This document shows positions 59,766-64,000 of a DNA stretch of 64,000 bases, piece after piece. The stretch comes from a virus. Lineage: Duplodnaviria > Caudoviricetes. Where the stretch lies: the IMG/VR virus record IMGVR_UViG_3300029305_003178, positions 96,001 to 160,000 of that record; one strand, 5' to 3'. A program made the translations under genes and the position numbers. Numbering within the stretch: the stretch's first letter is position 1; every line of letters starts with the position of its first letter. A model generated the notes under the pieces. That model was not told the origin of the DNA. It searched no databases and saw nothing but the letters and a program-made list of their open reading frames with translations.

Positions 59766-61634
59766 ATGGGCTTCTATTCAGAAGTAAAAGATTTCATTAA
59801 AGATGTTAATGAAGATGAAGTGTTAACATCTGTATTAAAATCTAACCCCAGAAAAAATAATATTTCTAGAAAAGCCAGAGAAGGCACATTGCAGTTCCCT
59901 GTATTAGTGTCTAGAGCTTTAGATATAGATACAATGTCAATCGTCAACAAAGCCCTGGAAAGAAATTTTTCATCTTTTGTACAGATTGCGTTTTCTTTGG
60001 ATAGTCAGTTCCAGATTAAAGGTAAAAATAGTGCAGTAGATTATTTGAAACAGTTTCATTCAAATCACTATGTTGGTGATTTAGGATATATGGATTTTAT
60101 CTCAGAAAGTTTTGAAGATGTGTTTGAAAAACATGAAGCATACTTTGAAAACTTATCTGATATTAGATCTATTAAAGAGCTTGATATATTAAAAGAATCA
60201 GTTAATGAACTTATTGGTTCTATTTCTGAACCTGTTGATACATTTGCTGTTAGAAAGATTATTACAGAAGCATCTCATGCTTGCAATACTCTTAGAACAG
60301 AAAAATTTACAGATGATGAAAGTAGAATTTCCATTACTGAATCTATGAAATGGTTAAAAAATGAAGCAATGGGTATGTTAGATGAACGTACTGAAATTGT
60401 TAAAGCTCTTAAGGAATCTATGGGTGATTTGGCTAGTGAATACGTTACTGAAAATTTAGGTAATGGTATTATTGTATCTTTCAGTGTTTATGATAAAGCA
60501 GTTACTAACGTAATTCTTGAAAATAAACAACAGTTAGTTGATTTGTTAGAAGATATGAGACATGATGTTCTTAATGATAAATATAAACCTTCTACAGAAA
60601 CAGTTTATAACTTTAAGAATAAATATCTGTCTTCTAAATATAATAAACATACTGTTACTGAAGCAAAGCAATATAATCAAAGACAGATGAACCGTCATAG
60701 AGTTAAACAGGATCATGTCAATTATGAATTAAATAAAGATCAATTTGAATTTAATAAAGATAAATATGATAACGATAAACAGTATCGTGAAAAAATTGAT
60801 AAAGAACGAATGGATTTTGAAAAACAAAAATTTGATAAAACCATCGGATTAAATCAAGATAAAGTTAAATTAGATAAAGAACGAGCAGATTTTGAACGAA
60901 GCAAACATGCTTATAGTAAACAGAAAGACGCTATTGACAGACATGATAAGTACAATACTATCGAACTTAATAAAAATATGCTTACAGACAATGATGCTAA
61001 AAAGGCTAATGAATTAGTTCCTACTATGCTTCATGTTCGTATTCATACTTTGGATAAAAATAATGCTAGTGTTGGTATTGTTGACTTCAATGTAGGTATT
61101 AAAGCTATTTTACATCCAATCAACTCTGATGAAATGATTGCTAATGTAGTATCTGCTTGTAAACAGGGTGGTAATATCTTTAATTTCATTCGTTGGACAA
61201 CAGGTGAAATTAAATTTATTAAAGACTTCTTATTAGATATTGAAACAGTAAAACTGGATGTATATAATAAAAGTCATGGTGCATCCCCTTGGTGGACAGC
61301 ACTTAAAAGAAGAAAAAGATTATCTAAAGCAAATATCATTAGATCCAATAAATTATTACCTAATGCAACATTAGTTATTTCAGCTGAAGAGGCTGAATTA
61401 ATTAAATCAACATATGGGTTTGATTTATTTAATGCTACATTTGTAGATAAATTGATAGATACATACTTCTTACTCGGATTTGTTATTGTTGACAATGCTT
61501 CTCAGGTTGCACATTTTAGATTTGACAACGGTAGTAAAGTATTTGAAACAGTTCCTTTCTCATCTCTTGAAAGAGAAAATACAAACTCTGAAAGAAAGTT
61601 TAAAGATATGCTCAAAGTATTATCTAGAAACTAA
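59766..61634 (+). CDS. putative virion structural protein with central coiled-coil insertion
   Basis: Late promoter 59719-59730; many ISES/LKES/ITEA/VTEA sites; heptad-like K/D/E/F repeats. Confidence 0.6.
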   Translation: MGFYSEVKDFIKDVNEDEVLTSVLKSNPRKNNISRKAREGTLQFPVLVSRALDIDTMSIVNKALERNFSSFVQIAFSLDSQFQIKGKNSAVDYLKQFHSNHYVGDLGYMDFISESFEDVFEKHEAYFENLSDIRSIKELDILKESVNELIGSISEPVDTFAVRKIITEASHACNTLRTEKFTDDESRISITESMKWLKNEAMGMLDERTEIVKALKESMGDLASEYVTENLGNGIIVSFSVYDKAVTNVILENKQQLVDLLEDMRHDVLNDKYKPSTETVYNFKNKYLSSKYNKHTVTEAKQYNQRQMNRHRVKQDHVNYELNKDQFEFNKDKYDNDKQYREKIDKERMDFEKQKFDKTIGLNQDKVKLDKERADFERSKHAYSKQKDAIDRHDKYNTIELNKNMLTDNDAKKANELVPTMLHVRIHTLDKNNASVGIVDFNVGIKAILHPINSDEMIANVVSACKQGGNIFNFIRWTTGEIKFIKDFLLDIETVKLDVYNKSHGASPWWTALKRRKRLSKANIIRSNKLLPNATLVISAEEAELIKSTYGFDLFNATFVDKLIDTYFLLGFVIVDNASQVAHFRFDNGSKVFETVPFSSLERENTNSERKFKDMLKVLSRN

Positions 61635-61655
61635 TATAGGAGGTGAAAAGTAGAC

Positions 61656-62654
61656 ATGGTTACATATGAGAATGTAGTTAAAACAATTCTGTTAGAGAAT
61701 GCATCTACATTTGCTGAACGTAGAGAAATTCTCGCATTAACAGAGTCTGAACAGAATGCTATCAATAACAATATGATAGCAAAGTTATATAAGTCTACAG
61801 TAGACAAAGCTTATGTAAATTTTGATACTATTCCTGAATCTAAAGGCGATATTACAAAATATATAGGTTATAAACCAATGGTAGAAGCTTTGAGTCTGCT
61901 TAAGAATATTGCTAGTACAAGTTCTGTTAAAATTAGTGAAATAGACACAATCGAAAAAGCTATTAACAATATTATTGCTAATAGAGATTCTTTCGAACGC
62001 GGTTTTAAATTAAATAAAGATTTCATTATTATGCAGTACAATGTATTAGTATGTGCTTGTGTTGAAGCAACACAGATTACAATTTCTTCTTACTTAGATT
62101 ATGTGAGAAAAGTTGATAAAATTGAATTTGTTATTATTAATAAATCTTCTAATGCTGGCGATATTGCTATCAAAAACTTAGAAAGATTTAATAACATTTG
62201 TAAAAATGGTGATTATAGTAAAATTATGAATGCTATTATTAAAGATAATAAAAATAATTTTACTGGTGCAACAGCTGCATATATCGTTGGTGGTACAGTT
62301 TTAGGTTTAATTGGTGCTGTACAGATTCTTAGAGAATTAGTATACTTATTCTATTCTTATAGAAGTAGTATTTCTGAAAGAATGATGGTTCAGGCACATT
62401 TATTAGAACTGAATAAACTTAATCTTGAAGCTAACGGTCACAATATTCCTGCAGCTAAGAAAAAAGAAATTATTCGTAAACAGGAAAAGATTATTAATAA
62501 TCTTAAAGCTAAATCAGACAAAATTAAAGTAGAAGCTAGTTTTGCTGAAAAAGAAGCAACAAAATCTTTAAAGAAAGATAGTGCTGCTTGGAAATTGGAT
62601 GATGTGAAACCATCTGTAACAACAATTGATAGTGATGGTTTAACATTATTATAA
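61656..62654 (+). CDS. putative virion protein with hydrophobic segment
   Basis: AGGAGG RBS; GATAAYIVGGTVLGLIGAV segment. Confidence 0.6.
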   Translation: MVTYENVVKTILLENASTFAERREILALTESEQNAINNNMIAKLYKSTVDKAYVNFDTIPESKGDITKYIGYKPMVEALSLLKNIASTSSVKISEIDTIEKAINNIIANRDSFERGFKLNKDFIIMQYNVLVCACVEATQITISSYLDYVRKVDKIEFVIINKSSNAGDIAIKNLERFNNICKNGDYSKIMNAIIKDNKNNFTGATAAYIVGGTVLGLIGAVQILRELVYLFYSYRSSISERMMVQAHLLELNKLNLEANGHNIPAAKKKEIIRKQEKIINNLKAKSDKIKVEASFAEKEATKSLKKDSAAWKLDDVKPSVTTIDSDGLTLL

Positions 62655-62778
62655 TATTTTTCATAGAAATATGTGAAATTATATATCAATACTACGTTAA
62701 AATCCAAACATAATTGTAAAAAATAAAATATTTATTTTTTAAAAAATAAATGTAAAAAATTAGAAGGAGTGATATTTT

Positions 62779-63828
62779 ATGTCATTATTATTTGATAATT
62801 TTGATTTCATGGGCGTAAGCGAAAATTTAGATAGCGTTGAAATCCCCGTTGAAGAACATATGTCTTCCGTAGGTTTAGACGACAACCCTTACATTGTTTG
62901 TGAATTCGCTGAAAGAATGTACAAAGCTGAAGCTGCTTTCTATATGGTAGATGCTATGCTGGAACACAGAGTACTGGCTGGTGAAGATGTATCTGCACTG
63001 GTTGAAAATGCAGTTACAGACCGTATTGAAAAAGCAATCAAATGGATCAAAGAATTCGCTGGTAAAGTTCTGGCATGGTTCAAAAAACAGATCGAACAGA
63101 TTGCTATGCTGGCTTCTAGTGGTGCTACACTGCATTCCAAATATGGTTCCAAACTGAAAGAAAAAGCTAAAAAAGTAGCTAAAGATTTCGAATATGACAT
63201 TCCTGACTACAACTTCGATGAACTGCTGAGCATGGAAAAATCTCGCACATACAAAACTCAGTTAGCTGCATCTAGAGAAAGAATCAACACATTAAAAAAA
63301 TGTGTAGATAGTGCTAAAAAAGCTGACAAAGATAGCAAAGATTTAGTATCTGCTGTAAGTTCTGCAGATGAAGTTGATACAGTTAAAATCCGTGAAGAAA
63401 TCATTGATTCTGCTAAAAATGGTTCTAAACGTATTGGCGGTTCCGGTGAAATCGCTAACAAAGTTGGTGACTATCTGAAATATGTTGGTTACTACAAAGA
63501 AGCTCTGGCTAGTGTTAAAAAAGCAGAAAAAGAATTCGAAAAGAATGCTAAATCTGTAATTAAAGAAATGGAAAAACTGGAAAAAGGCATGGACAAAGAA
63601 AACAATGCTAAATATGTAAATTACTGTGTATCTATGTCTAGAAATGTTCTGACAACACAGAATGCTACATATAGTGCCCTGATCAATGTTTCCAAAGAAG
63701 CATATAGAGATGTATTCGGTGTACTGAGAAAACTGATTACATTCAAAGAACCTAAAAAAGGTACTAAAGAATCCTTCGATAATGAAGAATCCTTATTCGA
63801 AGCTGCTTACAATGCAATCGGCTTCTAA
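62779..63828 (+). CDS. abundant putative internal head protein
   Basis: Late promoter 62707-62718; codon bias like the capsid gene; acidic propeptide ending at LVEN, basic helical core, KES..LFEA tail. Confidence 0.6.
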   Translation: MSLLFDNFDFMGVSENLDSVEIPVEEHMSSVGLDDNPYIVCEFAERMYKAEAAFYMVDAMLEHRVLAGEDVSALVENAVTDRIEKAIKWIKEFAGKVLAWFKKQIEQIAMLASSGATLHSKYGSKLKEKAKKVAKDFEYDIPDYNFDELLSMEKSRTYKTQLAASRERINTLKKCVDSAKKADKDSKDLVSAVSSADEVDTVKIREEIIDSAKNGSKRIGGSGEIANKVGDYLKYVGYYKEALASVKKAEKEFEKNAKSVIKEMEKLEKGMDKENNAKYVNYCVSMSRNVLTTQNATYSALINVSKEAYRDVFGVLRKLITFKEPKKGTKESFDNEESLFEAAYNAIGF

Positions 63829-63905
63829 TTCATAAAATCATTATATCTTATACCGTAATACCAATTACGGTATAAGATATTTTTTAATAAAGAGGTGATA
63901 GAAAA

Positions 63906-64000
63906 ATGATTCTCAATGAACATGTTGAATACAATGAGGGTATTAAGAAAGAAGCTACAATTAATACAGAAAACTCATTATTAGAATTTTTCAATAACCA
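63906..64000 (+). CDS. partial ORF running off the window
   Basis: GAGGTG RBS, ATG at 63906, open to the window end. Confidence 0.55.
   Translation, partial: MILNEHVEYNEGIKKEATINTENSLLEFFNN

Noticed and set aside
1-64000. tRNA genes or alternative genetic code
   Set aside because: No cloverleaf/T-loop pattern noticed in intergenic gaps; long genes translate fully with the standard code and all three stops are used

Overview
AT-rich (roughly 28-30% GC by eye) segment of a jumbo myophage of the phiKZ/AR9(PBS1)-like supergroup, probably infecting a Firmicutes host (strong AGGAGG/GGAGG RBSs). It encodes split multisubunit RNA polymerase beta' pieces, a split family-B DNA polymerase, primase, SF2 helicase, RNase H, a GroEL-like chaperonin without GroES, and a head/tail module (portal, terminase, prohead protease, major capsid protein with a fused Fn3-like domain, sheath, tube, baseplate, internal head proteins). 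Two phage promoter classes are readable: TATATATTAT ahead of early/replication genes and AACA-N6-TA (the AR9 late consensus) ahead of structural genes. The most striking feature is a pair of ~1.05 and ~1.3 kb non-coding arrays (11702-12749 +, 16902-18206 -) built from ~36-nt units: 9-nt repeat AATGAATCA, ~9-nt variable spacer, 9-nt repeat ATAATWTCA, ~9-nt variable spacer. This is the dual-repeat architecture of TIGR guide-RNA arrays. Each array lies downstream of an early promoter in the same repeat sense, but no Nop-domain Tas gene is recognisable in the window. Other leads are a catalytically dead dUTPase-like gene alongside AR9-type promoters (possible uracil-DNA lifestyle), two ORF-free promoter-terminator units (candidate sRNAs), an orphan HicA, and a shared basic module flanked by putative protease sites in two head proteins. 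All assignments come from reading motifs and context; no database searches were run.
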